The translations under genes and the position numbers were made by a program. DNA of 64,000 nt from Schmidtea polychroa (lineage: Eukaryota). This document shows, piece after piece, positions 14,243-26,459 of this stretch. The stretch spans positions 14,696,001 through 14,760,000 of the forward strand of contig CM097885.1 of the NCBI GenBank assembly GCA_044892525.1, in the 5' to 3' direction. The notes under the pieces were generated by a model, which was given only the letters and a program-made list of their open reading frames with translations, ran no database searches and had not been told where the DNA came from. The first letter of the stretch is position 1; the number at the start of each line of letters is the position of its first letter.

Positions 14243-15627
14243 TAGTGTTTCTGATTTCTCGACTTTTTTCATTTCTCGATAAAAGATGTTTCATATTCTG
14301 ATTCTTGAGAATTCTCGAGAAAATGAAAGGTCGAGTACAAAATACGAAAAACTCCTTATATAAAATTGTCTTATGTAGGATTGTCTTATATATAGAATTT
14401 ACTGTATTAGCACTAGTCCATTCAATGGATACGCTAAATTTTTTCTCTTTCAATTTCTTATTAAATTCTTCTTTTTTATTTTTAAAAAAATTCCATCATT
14501 AATTTCATAATATCTGTTGTGTTTTGTGGTATTTTAAAGTCTATATTGGCAAAACTTTTCCGGATAAATTCACTTTTGCTTATTGCAATAAATGAAAATC
14601 TATCTACTGCTGCCAGTTTTGACACCATTTCCGCCATTTTCTGCTCTACTAGAAACTTTAAAATATTTCCACTTTCTTTTGTTTCCTTGAAGAATCTCAA
14701 ATAATTCCATCATTAATTTCATAATATCTGTTGGGTTTTGTGGTATTTTAAAGTCTATATTGGCAAAACTTTTCCGGATAAATTCACTTTTGCTTATTGC
14801 ATTAAATGAAAATCTATCTACTGCTGCCAGTTTTGACACCATTTCCGCCATTTTCTGCTCTACTAGAAACTTTAAAATATTTCCACTTTCTTTTGTTTCC
14901 TTGAAGAATCTCATTTTCTTTGGTGCGGTTTTCGATTGTCTCTTCATCTCGTATATATTGGTGGATAGCTTCGAGATGTCGGTGAAGACCAATCGTTGCC
15001 GAACCTTTGCACATGAGATTTTTTTAACATAGAGTGCAAACTGCCAATTCCTTATTGGTTCTAGATTTCTTAAAATATATCCAACAATCTTTGTATATTT
15101 TGCTCATTTAATAAGCCTTGCTAAAAAAATAAATATATATTTAATCTGTGTTATAGCGACAAATTTAATCAATGATAATCATTGAATGATTCATGATGTA
15201 CGAACATAATCAAAACATAGCCTGATGAGAGGTTGCAAAATTTTATTGGTGAGGACACATGCACCTATCTTGTTGAAAGTCCAAGTACTACTGTTTTCCA
15301 TAGTGCAAGTACAGTGCGAAAAAGAAATTGTTATCACTTGTTTGCTCTTGACACGTGCCATGAATCGTCATAATAAATAGTGATGCATGCGTGCATTCTT
15401 TGTTTCTCACTCGCTCACTTACATGCAGACACACCAACACTTATTTGATAGCACCAGTAACGCATGTGCACTCGATGTCTTCCAATATCTGTATTCGAAG
15501 AAAATGGTATGTTTAATAGAGACGTAAAAGCCCAGACATGTCGAATTCACACGGTTAAAAAAATATAAAAAAAACATTACAATTTAAGGATTTCTCGAGA
15601 AAAAAAAGTTCTCGAGAAGAAACACTA
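14243..15627 (-). mobile_element. non-autonomous hAT element with BED finger and transposase N-terminus
   Basis: TIR tagtgtttc/gaaacacta and 8-bp TSD AGTGTAAA on both sides. Minus strand: W.YF..AVCTLC..KGSATIGLHRHLEAIH (BED finger) and FSVSIEWTS. Internal ~214-bp tandem duplication at ~14490-14912. Confidence 0.85.
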
Positions 15628-16816
15628 AGTGTAAACTAGACTTTTACTCAATATTGTTTTGTTTTTACTGACATTTTCGAATTTTCATAGCAAATGGTAA
15701 TTTTCTTTTCACCTATATATACGTCAATCGCGCTTAACTGGTTAAATAGCCTGTCAATAAAAATCAATTTTTAATTATTTAATTTTATTTTCAATATTTT
15801 TACGTATCTTTCAGTACCGCCTAGTGGTTAAACCGGGCCTGCATTTGTATGAGTCATTATGATTTATCCAACCCTCAACATCTTTTATCATTAATAATTT
15901 CGAATGCCTTAATATTTCTTTCAGATTAAAGACATTTGTGAGTGCAAGTTCGGAATTCCCTCTAGCGTATGATATTAAATAAATATTAAACAAAAATATA
16001 AATAAATAATTAAAATAAAACAAATAAATTAAAATTTCAAAATAATAACTAATTATTTATAAAATATATTAATTACCTTTAAAGGTTTTCTTTATCCTTT
16101 GGTGCAACATAAATTCACTTAATTAAGAGGCTAAAAATTTGTTTAGCAGTAGCACTAACTATTTCCCCTAAGGTATTGTTATTTACCAATAAGAATAAGA
16201 ACATCATCCGTTACAGAGAACCAAAATTCACTAAAATCAATATTTTCTACAAGTCAACAAAATATTTTTCCCATTTTCCATCAAATACATAACTAGATAT
16301 GATAATTTCTGATTGATTGATCATAATTCTTAATCAATTCAGTCAATTTTAGCAATTATAACCCGATATATCTTTCAAACTAAATCACAAATTTCAATAT
16401 ATCCTACATTAATTTTCATTTAAATTTCGAATATAACTATAATAAAAATTAACTGGCTTCCTAAGTTAAAATTTTCTATATTTAAAAGTTCATCAACGTG
16501 TAAACATTAAGGTTCATGGAAATATTCTTAGAAAATATAGTTATTAAAAATCAAATTCAATATCATTCAATACAAATCTATAAAAATAGAGCAAATTATC
16601 AAGAAATTAATTAAATTTATCTTAGAATCAACCTTAAATTTTTAAATATTCTTTCAATAAACATGAAATTCACTTCCTAAATTTACCTAACATCAACTCT
16701 AAAAAATGACAAATGAATGCACCAAAATTTGCCTAAATAAACTTTCAAATTAAATCATTAAAACTGAAGATAACTCGCTGGAATTAATCATTAAATTAAA
16801 ATTAAATAAATCAAGA

Positions 16817-17280
16817 CAGTGGTGTCGCTAGGGTTAATGTCACCCATTGCGGTAAACTCACAGTGTCACCCTTCCAGATATTGACCACAGATTTATTCTT
16901 ATTTATTCAGCATGTAACAAGTCAACAGTATCAAAATGAAAAAATAGAAGAACAAGTTAACTGAAGGTCAGCGTGCCAAGTAATAAAGAACTGTAACAAC
17001 GTTAAGTTATAGATATTAATACATTCTTTAAAATTTTCCTTTCCTGGTCTTCAGGGCTGCAAACATGTCAATCACTTCATCAAAGTCTATGTCTTTTACG
17101 GTCTCACTTTCAATTGATAATAGAGCCAGATCAAAAGTCTTGACTGTCTCATGACCAGTCCATGGCTTTGTGGAGATCAATATCAGCTGCGTTCAGGGCC
17201 TTCTAAACCTTGGTATTTCTTTTAAAAGCTCATCTTCAGATAACTCGTCATAGAAAGAGGTTAATTTGGGAACAGATACC
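16817..17280 (-). mobile_element. hAT (ZMYM1-like) transposon 3' end fragment
   Basis: Terminus cagtggtgtcgcta. The minus strand reads DLALLSIESETVKDIDFDEVIDMFAALKTRK (hAT dimerisation-region tail). Confidence 0.65.
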
Positions 17281-17345
17281 AGAATGCAAATATTCCCTCA
17301 AGAGTACCAAAAAATGTAACACATGAATCTAACTTATGGAATTTT

Positions 17346-17460
17346 ATGATACATGCACATGATATCAAACTTGGAGGCTTAGTATATCTAAATAAACCAG
17401 AACCAAAATTACGTCCTTTTCAAGGACCATATACTGTTTGTGATACAGCCGAAACGTTCA
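17346..17460 (+). pseudogene. Gypsy integrase C-terminal (GPY/F) fragment
   Basis: IKLGGLVYL..PKLRPFQGPYTV. Confidence 0.45.
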
Positions 17461-17875
17461 TTAACAACTCAAATAACATGAATAACGTCAATAGCAAGAT
17501 TTGCAACCACTCAAATAACATGAACAACAAAAACTTAAACACCAACAATGATAAAATGGTTCGAAATAATTCCAAGAAAATTAATGCAAATATATATTTT
17601 TCAGTATTTAAAGATATTTTCATTTTAATTAAATTAATATTAATTTAAATATTATATTTCATTTTAATTTATTTTACAAATTTGAATTTAAATTAATTTA
17701 CTCAAAGTAAAAATTAAAACAATTTTGAACTTATTAGATAATAATAATTTATGATTTTATTTAAATTTAATTATTTTAAATCAATTTAAATTTATCAATA
17801 AAAAAAAATTTTTTTTAATGCAATATTTTTAATTAAATTATAATGTATACCATAACATAAGAAACAAATAAAGAC

Positions 17876-18436
17876 TTATAATATATTAGTATCAATTATT
17901 TTCCATATAGGTCTGATTGTTTCTTTTCCTTCTTTAAAACCCTGAATTTGAATTTTTATCATAAAATGTGAATTTTCATTTTCTTTTTTAATATTTTCTA
18001 AAGCATAATCTTTATCACAATTCATAAATGTAAAGTTTTCATTGAATTGAATATTTTTATTGATAGCCAACAATAATTCTAAAATATTTTTTTCTATCGA
18101 TATCTCCAATTTTACCTACTTGTATATTATATAAACTCTGTTTCAAAGTTACAGGTTCCCAATAAAAAATTTAATTAATATTTGATTAAATGATATAAAT
18201 ATATTTACTTTAAATGAATAAGTTATTGGGTATTTTAAATATTCCATAGAATATTGTAGGAACTGAACAGGAGATTTTCTAATAAGATTAACTGCCGATG
18301 TTGAATTTTCCTGTAGAATTAACTTTATTATATCTGAATTTACTTGTTTCTCCATCTTTTTCACTGAACTTTCTAGAATAATGATTAAGCAATACTAGAT
18401 AATGATAATAAAATTACTTTTATATTGTTGCATCAT
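17876..18436 (-). CDS. spliced hypothetical gene, possibly a Maverick accessory gene; 3' exon structure uncertain
   Basis: ATG at 18436. A GT-AG intron at 18373-18417 (45 nt) joins in frame to ORF 18149-18364, with a further donor at 18208. The upstream TATA and CCAAT arrangement resembles the Maverick genes. Confidence 0.45.
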
Positions 18437-18664
18437 TAAATATAATAATTTCATGCACTCAGTATATATATTAATTTTAAAAATCGAGTTGACCAATTAG
18501 ATTCTTTTTAACAAATCATTTTAATTTTATTGGATGAAAGATTTTATGTGTGTGTATAGTATTTTTGATTTTTTAAATATTTATTTCTAATAATCAATTT
18601 GTGATGTTCATATATTCATTTTTATTTATAATGCAATCCTTTGATAATTTCTTTTGAAACTTAG

Positions 18665-21600
18665 GTATCTTATATCCAAAGTTTTGTAATTCTTCCTTTC
18701 ATGACAATGATTGTCATAAAACTATGGAAAAATACTATGGCCAACCCCATAACCGTGTTATTTATTTTGTTTGCCCCATTTGTAATTCCACTGAAAAATT
18801 AAATTATTCTAACTTTTATGATCAACATAAAGATCATTTAAATCGATTTAATCTTTTGTAGAAAAAACAAATTTTTAAATTACCAAATAATTTCTCAATT
18901 AATAAAAGGAAATCTGATTTGCTAATAAGTAACCCTCGTCCATCTAAAATTAAAAATTTAAATAATAATGATCAAATTATTATTCTCTCGGATTCTGAAG
19001 ACGATGATGTAGTTTTAAATAATATGGTAACTCTTCCTGATTTTGAAAATGATGTGGATATAGATTTTCTATCTGACTCTCAAAATGGAGTTGATATAAT
19101 AACTTTTTCTGACTCTGATGCCGAAATAATTAATGATAGTACGATACAATATGGTGGATCATTAGAACCGGTTGTAAATTATGATTTACGTAAATCACAT
19201 GCCATAGTTAAAATGATGGTTGAAAATTTAAATTTAAATTCTTTAACCGTACCCACGCCCTTAATTAATAAATTTAATAACGTTACCAGAGAAATGGGTT
19301 CTGTAAAGATTCAATTTTGTATAGAAGTGGAATTTGAAAAAGATGGAGAATTTCAATCTTTCGTCATTTCAAATTCTGCAAGACCCATGAGTGATACCTT
19401 TTTAGATGAAGATATTGCTATTCTCAATGAGAAAATTACTTTAATTAATGAAAAGGGAAGTAATTGGATTATTAATAAAATTAAAGAAATACATTTTGTT
19501 ATTACAAAATTTTCTCAAATAAGTAGATTGAGTGGGAGGGGTTCTCTTCCAACTCCTAAATCATTATTAAATAAACATTGCGTAATAAATATTAACAATA
19601 CGGATGATTTGTGTTTCATCTATAGCATTTTGGCTATTTTGAAATACGATGACGTTGATGGCAATCATAGAAATCGAATTAGTAATTATAATTTGTCTGA
19701 TCTAGTCTTTGATCCTTCTGACTTACCGATGCGTCTCTGTAATATACCTAAATTTGAAGATAAAAATCCAGGGCTTTCGATTAATGTTCTTGCATACGAT
19801 GAGGATGCTTTAGTGGATATTTTAAATAATTCTGAAGTATTAAAACATCCTTATGTTGACATCATACATAGATCGAAAGTTGTAGGCGGAAGACCGATTA
19901 ATTTAATTTTGTTGGAAAGCAGTGATTCTTTTCATTATATAGGAGTCACTAATCTAGATAGACTTTTAAATTGTCGTAATTCTACTGTTACTAGTACTCG
20001 AATTCAAAGTCTGTGGTGTAATCGCTGTTTAAATGGCTTTCGTACACTTGAATCTTTAGATAAACATAAAGGTTTATGTGAGAAAAATCAATTAGGAACA
20101 ACTTTATATACTTTACCATTAAATAAGAATTTATATTTTAATGATTGGTCTAAAACAGTTACTCCCCCTTTTGTGGTTTACGCTGACTTTGAGGCTATCT
20201 TACCTACTGATAATAGATACTTTCAAAGGCACTTGCCGATTTCTGCAGGTCTTTTGCTAATAAATAATTTCACAGGGACTAAATTATATAAAAGTTTTTT
20301 AGGGTTAGATTGTATTGTTAGTTTCCTTAAAGAGATTGAAAAAATTGGTATGAAAACAGTTTTACCTTATTTTTATAAAAATTCGAAAAAGAAAATTATT
20401 TTTACAGATGCTGACCTTATTTCTTTTTCTTCCGCAGTTATGTGTTATCTTTGCAAGAAAACTTTAGTAAACCCGACTAAAGATCATGATCACTTTACTG
20501 GTAAATATTTGGGAGCAGCTTGTTCAACTTGTAATAATTCTCGTCAAATAAGATATGAATTTCCAATTGTTTTCCATAACTTGCGAGGGTATGATCTTCA
20601 TCATATCCTCAAATACGGATTGAGTAGCTTTAAATCTTGGAATATTTCATGCATTCCAACGACAACTGAAAAGTTCTTAACATTATCTGTGAGAATAGGT
20701 GGTTTAAATATTAAATTTATCGATTCCTGCCCATTTATTAATAGTTCGTTAAATGACGCTGTTAAAACTCTTACTAATTTACCGATAACACGATCAGAAT
20801 TTAGGGGAACCATTGTTAATAATAAAGGAATTTTCCCATATAATTTTGCCACTAGTCTTGAAGTGCTTCGGTCAACTCCCCAATTACCGCCAATTTGGGA
20901 TGGTGTTACTGAAGACGAATATTCTATGGCTGAAATTATATGGAGGGAAACCAACTGTAATAACCTTTGTGATTATATGATGGTCTATCTAAAACTAGAT
21001 GTCTTTCTTTTAGCTGACTTTTTCCAGCAGTTTCGAAATAAATCTTTAGCTCATAATCGTCTTGAACCTTTAAACTTCTTGGGCATTCCCGGTATGTCTT
21101 GGAATTCAGCTCTGATGACTTTAGACGAACCCATCGAGTTGATTCAAGACATGGAGATGTTTAATTTCTTTGAGGGTGGTATAAGAGGGGGGTTGACATT
21201 TGTAAACAAACATTATGTTAATACAAATGAAAATACTGAACTTCTATATATCGATATTAATAATTTGTACGGCTGGGCTCTTAGCCAAAAACTACCTAGG
21301 GGTGAATTTTCTTGGGTGACGGATGAGCCTGAATTAATTAATTTATTAAAAGACTGTGAATCTATTGATCTAGATTCACTTTCATATGGGTATACTATGA
21401 AAGTGGATCTAGATATTCCAACATCTATTCACGATAAACTTAATGATTTTCCGGTTGCAGCTGAAAAAATGTGTGCTCCAGGATCTAAAGTGGAGAAGTT
21501 GATGCTTACACGTTTACCCAAGAAGAACTATGTTCTTCATTGGAAACTTCTACAACTTTATCTTTCTCTTGGAGTAAAAGTTACTCAAATTCACAGGGCT

Positions 21601-22614
21601 ATCAAATTTCATCAGTCTACTATATTCAAAAATTACATTGACACAAACACCCAACTTCGAGCTGTGTCAACAAATACTCTTGATAAAAACTATTTTAAGC
21701 TTCTTAACAATAGTTTATATGGAAAGACAGTCGAAAATTTGAAGAAACGATTGAACTTGAGATTGTGTAACTCAGCTTCTAAACTGATTACTTATTCCTC
21801 TAAACCCACATTTAAAAAGACTTATAAAATAGATCATGACTTAATAGCCGTTCTATTAAATAAGGATTCAGTGTGTTTGGATAGACCTAGTTACATTGGT
21901 CAATCTGTACTGGATCTATCCAAATTACGGTTGTATCAGTTGCAATATATTGATTTACAAAAATATCGAGATGATTTTAGCTGTGAAATCAATATTATTG
22001 CAGGTGACACTGATTCCTTCTTTTTAGAGGTTAAAGGATGCAAATTAGATGTGCTTTTACCAGCTATGGTAAGAGATAACATGCTGGATACATCGAATTA
22101 TGATTCATCTCATGAATTATATTCAAGAGCTCTTGATTCCGTCATTGGTAAATTCAAAGATGAAAATAAAGGGGGTAGATATAAGGAATGGGTGTTTTTA
22201 AGGCCTAAATGCTATAGCATTTTGGGTGATAAAGAGAGCAACAAGGCTAAGGGAATAACATTGAAGGGTACCGACTTAAAACATCAATCGTACCTTGATT
22301 GTTATCATAATAATTCGATGATTTCAGTACCACAATCTCGAATAGTAAGTAAAAATCATCAGTTATTCACAATAAAAAATATAAAATTAGCCCTAACTAA
22401 TAATGATGATAAGAGGCATTGGGTAAATAAAAATGAAAGTGTAGCATATGGTCATTATAAAATAGTTAACACGGTTATGGGTCATAGTAACAATGCTGAA
22501 GTTAGTGATCCGGGCGAAGAAAATGATCAATACGTTCAACCATATTTCCCAAATGATGATTATTGTCACCCACACTTTCCATATGAAAGGGAACATCAAT
22601 ATGTTCTTGAATAA
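18665..22614 (+). CDS. polB: protein-primed family B DNA polymerase, copy 1 (one in-frame TAG at 18859 in the N-terminal extension)
   Basis: Exo motifs YADFE, FHNLRGYD, YLKLDV. Pol motifs YIDINNLYG, KLLNNSLYGK, AGDTDS, LRPKCY. EndoVII-like CYLC..DHDHFTG..CSTC insert. The frame continues upstream of the called ORF (KFCNSSFHDNDC..CPIC) to a splice acceptor at 18664. Confidence 0.95.
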
Positions 22615-22926
22615 ATTTTGTATTGAAATAAAATTTTATTTAATATAATTATTGTTTTAGTTCTTATTTGTATCATTTATTTTACGTTGTTATTGTAAAG
22701 TATTCTTTAGACTATTTTATTGTGAAATAGTCAAAGTTTTTATTGTTGCGAATTTTTTAGTTATTAAAAGGTTTTATTATTATTATTATCTGTGTGTGAA
22801 TTATAACCGAGTGTTTATCACATTCATTGTCATCATTATAGTACTCGGGTTCAAAAATGTATGTATGACTTTTTCTTATATATGTTTATAATTCAATAAA
22901 TATATATCTATAATAAAATTATACAG

Positions 22927-23719
22927 AATTATGTAACACCATACCACCACCCCCTAGGGTACCCATACAAATATTACGTAATACTGTATATTTGGCTTGG
23001 TTTATACTCCTCACTTCTCACTACTCTATCAAAATGTATTAAATTTTTTCCATGGATATTTGGCTTGGTTTATACTCCTCACTACTCTAATGAAGTATAA
23101 TTATTACATAAGAGGTCAAAGGTCAATTATTATGTAAGGGGTCAAAGGTTAAATATGATGTAAGAGGTCAAATGTCAATTATTACATAAGGGGTCAGTTA
23201 TGACGTAAATTAAAAACCAATTATTACGTAATCAAAAATTTGATTGCGTCATTTCATATATAATTATGTAATTTTACAAAATTATGTAACACCATTCCAC
23301 TCCCTAGGGTATCCATACAAATATTACGTAATACTGTATATTTGGCTTGGTTTATACTTCTCATTACTCTATCAAAATGTATTGAATTTTTTCCAGGGAT
23401 ATTTGGCTTGGTTTATACTCCTCACTACTCTAATGAAGTATAATTATTACATAAGAGGTCAATTATTACATAAGGGGTCAAAAGTTAATTATGATATAAG
23501 AGGTTAAAGGTCAATTATTATATAATGGGGGGTCAATTATGACGTAAAATTAAAAAATCGGTTATTACGTATTTAAAAATATAATTACGTCATTTTATAT
23601 ATGATTACGTAATTTTACAAAATTATGTAACGTCATACCACCCCCCACTAGGGTACCTATGGGAATATTACGTAATACTGTATATTTCGCTTGGTTTATA
23701 CTCCTCACTTCTCACTACT
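22927..23719. repeat. internal tandem repeat (~350 bp x ~2.3) rich in AGGTCA and TTACGTAA motifs
   Basis: Units start with aattatgtaac at 22927, 23280 and 23621. Confidence 0.85.
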
Positions 23720-24059
23720 GGATTGCAATTGTTATATACCAATTTTCGTTTTCTTTGAAAGCGATTTCATCAAAGGAATCATAAAATCTTGCATATCTGT
23801 TGTTGAACCATGCATGTTGATTACAAGATAGATCCGTATTCAACCGTTTGAAAACCTCATCAATAGATTTAATATCTATCATTGAAAGCGTGCCGGATAA
23901 GAATTGAAATTTAGTTGGAATTAGCTTGATCGGTGACGCCAATTTCATATTGATTTCTTCTTTTAAAAAATACATTTTATAGTTGTGAAACATTTGAACT
24001 GGTTGTACAAGTTCTGGAACAACTTTTGGCTTTTCAGTGCTTGAAATTTTCTTTGTCAT
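23715..24059 (-). CDS. Maverick hypothetical protein (114 aa)
   Basis: Intact ATG ORF with TATAAAAA about 35 nt upstream (24093-24100, minus strand) and CCAAT at 24122. Confidence 0.6.
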   Translation of the reverse strand: MTKKISSTEKPKVVPELVQPVQMFHNYKMYFLKEEINMKLASPIKLIPTKFQFLSGTLSMIDIKSIDEVFKRLNTDLSCNQHAWFNNRYARFYDSFDEIAFKENENWYITIAIQ

Positions 24060-24252
24060 CGTGAATTATGATTAAAATGAAATGGTACAGGGTTTTTATA
24101 CCTATGACTATTGTTTATCAACCAATCAGATTGCTGTATGTCTTCGTTTAAATTGCATATCATTTGCATTAATGTTGCATTAATGTTTTTTATTATAAAT
24201 ATTACTTATATTATTACTATTTCTATTACTATTATTATTATTTCTATTTCTA

Positions 24253-24627
24253 TTATTTCGATTTACAAAAACAAAACAATTCAACATATTGTTGATAACG
24301 GAAATTGCAACAGCTACATCCGAAAATGCAAGGAGCCTCTGCTTTCATTTCTTTCATCACCCTTCCTATCTTGATATCCCATAGAAAGGTGTTTATTATA
24401 TCGAATATCCAGATTCGTGTTTGGTTGTATACCAAATCCGGAATGATAGCTGGATCTCTATCTTGTAGAATTTCATTTAATTCTGGATAATAGCATAATC
24501 TTTGCAGGATAATTGATTGATATTCATCTGTATAAATTTGAAATTAATGTAATAATAAAAATTTGAAATTACCATAATTTGCATGCTCTTTCATTGAGGT
24601 GATTGCGGAACTTTGTATGTTGTACAT
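24253..24627 (-). CDS. Maverick hypothetical Cys-rich protein, 2 exons (intron 24528-24572)
   Basis: ATG at 24627. A 45-nt GT-AG intron joins in frame: MYNIQSSAITSMKEHANY/DEYQSIILQRL...CIFGCSCCN..CFC. Confidence 0.65.
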
Positions 24628-24744
24628 TTTTGTTGAATAAATGACAACTAAACCGAAAACATTTTGTTATAAATAATCATCAGCCAATTAGATTTCGTCC
24701 AATCAGAATCATGCATTTCAATTGCATTGAATTTGCAATGATAA

Positions 24745-25209
24745 TTAATTAAGTGATAATAAAAAATCTAAAAATTCATTTCCTTCAATTATTGATTTAA
24801 TTTCAGATATGATATTATCAACTATACATTTGTAATCAATATTTTTTATTCCAAGAATTACTATCTTACCGCTAGCGAATATATTTACACACATAGGGTT
24901 ATATTTTATATATCTCAAAGCTGGAAATAATTCTGGTTCGTAAAAGCATGGTATTAATTTAGCCAATTTATTTAAATTACAAGAAAAACCTATATCGGAA
25001 GTTACGGTTATCGATTGTATTTCTAAATCATAAACATTATATTCACTAGCTTTGATTATTTCCTTACACCCCATAATTCTACATTTACCAGTTTTGAAAT
25101 ATATTATTGGATATTTTTTACTTCTATTGATGAGTTGTTGTGGTTTTCCCATTGGAAATATTATTTTTGATACATCAGCTTTTGCCCTGTAATTTATATT
25201 TGAAAGCAT
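24745..25209 (-). CDS. TATA-binding-protein-like protein (Maverick-encoded)
   Basis: Repeat 2 has YEPELFPAL and IFASGKIVILG (TBP: YEPELFPGL, IFVSGKVVLTG). Repeat 1 has NINYRA..IYFKTGKCRIMGCK (TBP: NIVSTV..IFSSGKMVCTGAK) and is shortened. Confidence 0.85.
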   Translation of the reverse strand: MLSNINYRAKADVSKIIFPMGKPQQLINRSKKYPIIYFKTGKCRIMGCKEIIKASEYNVYDLEIQSITVTSDIGFSCNLNKLAKLIPCFYEPELFPALRYIKYNPMCVNIFASGKIVILGIKNIDYKCIVDNIISEIKSIIEGNEFLDFLLSLN

Positions 25210-25315
25210 TTTAATGAAATAATTATAAAAAACTCAGTTATATATAGTTATTTTAAAAGAAGTTCATTTAAATTATCAATATAAACAATAATTATATATA
25301 GTTTAAATTTAAAAA

Positions 25316-25954
25316 ATGGAATTACGAAATGATGCAGTATACCAAATCGTTGGTCCGAGTAGTAGTGGAAAAACATTATTTGTTTGTAAATTACTAAAAT
25401 CTAATTTGTTCAAAACAAAATTCAACAATATTTATTGGCTTAGAGGCGCCGATAAAGAACATGGATTGACACAATCAAGTTTCTGTCAATTGAAAAACAT
25501 GAAAATAGTAAAGGATTTTGATAAAAACTGGTCAAATCGTTTGAAGAAAGATGATGTCATCATTATCGATGATTTGTATCAAGAAGCCAATAAAGAAAAG
25601 GATTTTAATAATTTATTCACAAAAATTAGCAGACATGTTGGTGTAACAGTTATTTTCATAACACAAAATCTATTTCATCAAGGTGGGGCACATCGAACAC
25701 GTAATTTAAATGTACAATATCTAGTTATTTTCAAGAATTCTAGAGATGCAACTGTCATTGATTTTCTTGGACGACAAGCATACCCTAATAACCGTAATTT
25801 TCTTATCAATGCATTTCAAGATGCTACGAAAATACCTCATGGGTATATATTTCTCGATTTCACACAACAATGTCCTGATGATATACGGGTAAAAACAGAT
25901 ATTTTCAACCCAAAAGGTGCCATGGTTTATAAACAAAGTTCAAAACAAATTTGA
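25316..25954 (+). CDS. FtsK/A32-like DNA packaging ATPase
   Basis: Walker A GPSSSGKT, Walker B IIIDD, and SRH..VIFITQNLF, as in Polinton ATPases. Confidence 0.92.
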   Translation: MELRNDAVYQIVGPSSSGKTLFVCKLLKSNLFKTKFNNIYWLRGADKEHGLTQSSFCQLKNMKIVKDFDKNWSNRLKKDDVIIIDDLYQEANKEKDFNNLFTKISRHVGVTVIFITQNLFHQGGAHRTRNLNVQYLVIFKNSRDATVIDFLGRQAYPNNRNFLINAFQDATKIPHGYIFLDFTQQCPDDIRVKTDIFNPKGAMVYKQSSKQI

Positions 25955-25967
25955 AAACATATAAATA

Positions 25968-26456
25968 ATGTTTTCAAAAGCAAGGATATCGAGTAAAAAA
26001 CAACCAAAAGTTCCACCAACAACTAGTTATACTCCATCTAAAGAACTTATTACAGAAAATTTTCCTGCAATGAATCTTATTTCGAAAAATCCTAAACCTA
26101 AACCTAAAACCATTAAGAAAGTAAAAGTTGTTAAAAATCATCGGAGTTTCCAATTTTTCAATACATTGTTAAAGGCACCAAGTATGAAAAGAAACAGTAT
26201 TTTGCAATCTTTTCCAAATTATGTTGTCGATGATTTACTCGATATTATACTTAAAGTAGTCAAAGGCAAGATTAAAATCAGTAAATCTAAAAAGCAATTA
26301 TTGAGTAAACATAGGAAACCTTTGCTATCATTAGTAAATAATAAAAATCGTCAACAAATGAGAAAAATTATATATAAACAACAAGGGGGATTTATCGCTG
26401 CATTGATACCTTTAGCAATATCATTATTAGGTGGAATAATAGGAAGTCGATCATAA
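25968..26456 (+). CDS. basic core protein with adenovirus pX/Mu-like C-terminus
   Basis: Lys-rich. Ends QQGG-FIAALIPLAISLLGG: an adenain-type GG cleavage site plus a hydrophobic tail like adenovirus pX. Confidence 0.7.
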   Translation: MFSKARISSKKQPKVPPTTSYTPSKELITENFPAMNLISKNPKPKPKTIKKVKVVKNHRSFQFFNTLLKAPSMKRNSILQSFPNYVVDDLLDIILKVVKGKIKISKSKKQLLSKHRKPLLSLVNNKNRQQMRKIIYKQQGGFIAALIPLAISLLGGIIGSRS

Positions 26457-26459
26457 ACA

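Noticed and set aside
15145..15554. Possible TTAA-flanked insertion nested in the hAT element
   Set aside because: The putative TIRs (tctgtgttatagcgaca vs ccgtgtgaattcgaca) match too poorly to call.
22927..23719. CRISPR-like array, or the ORF at 23244-23507
   Set aside because: Long tandem units without unique spacers, in a eukaryotic context. The ORF is a by-product of the repeat.
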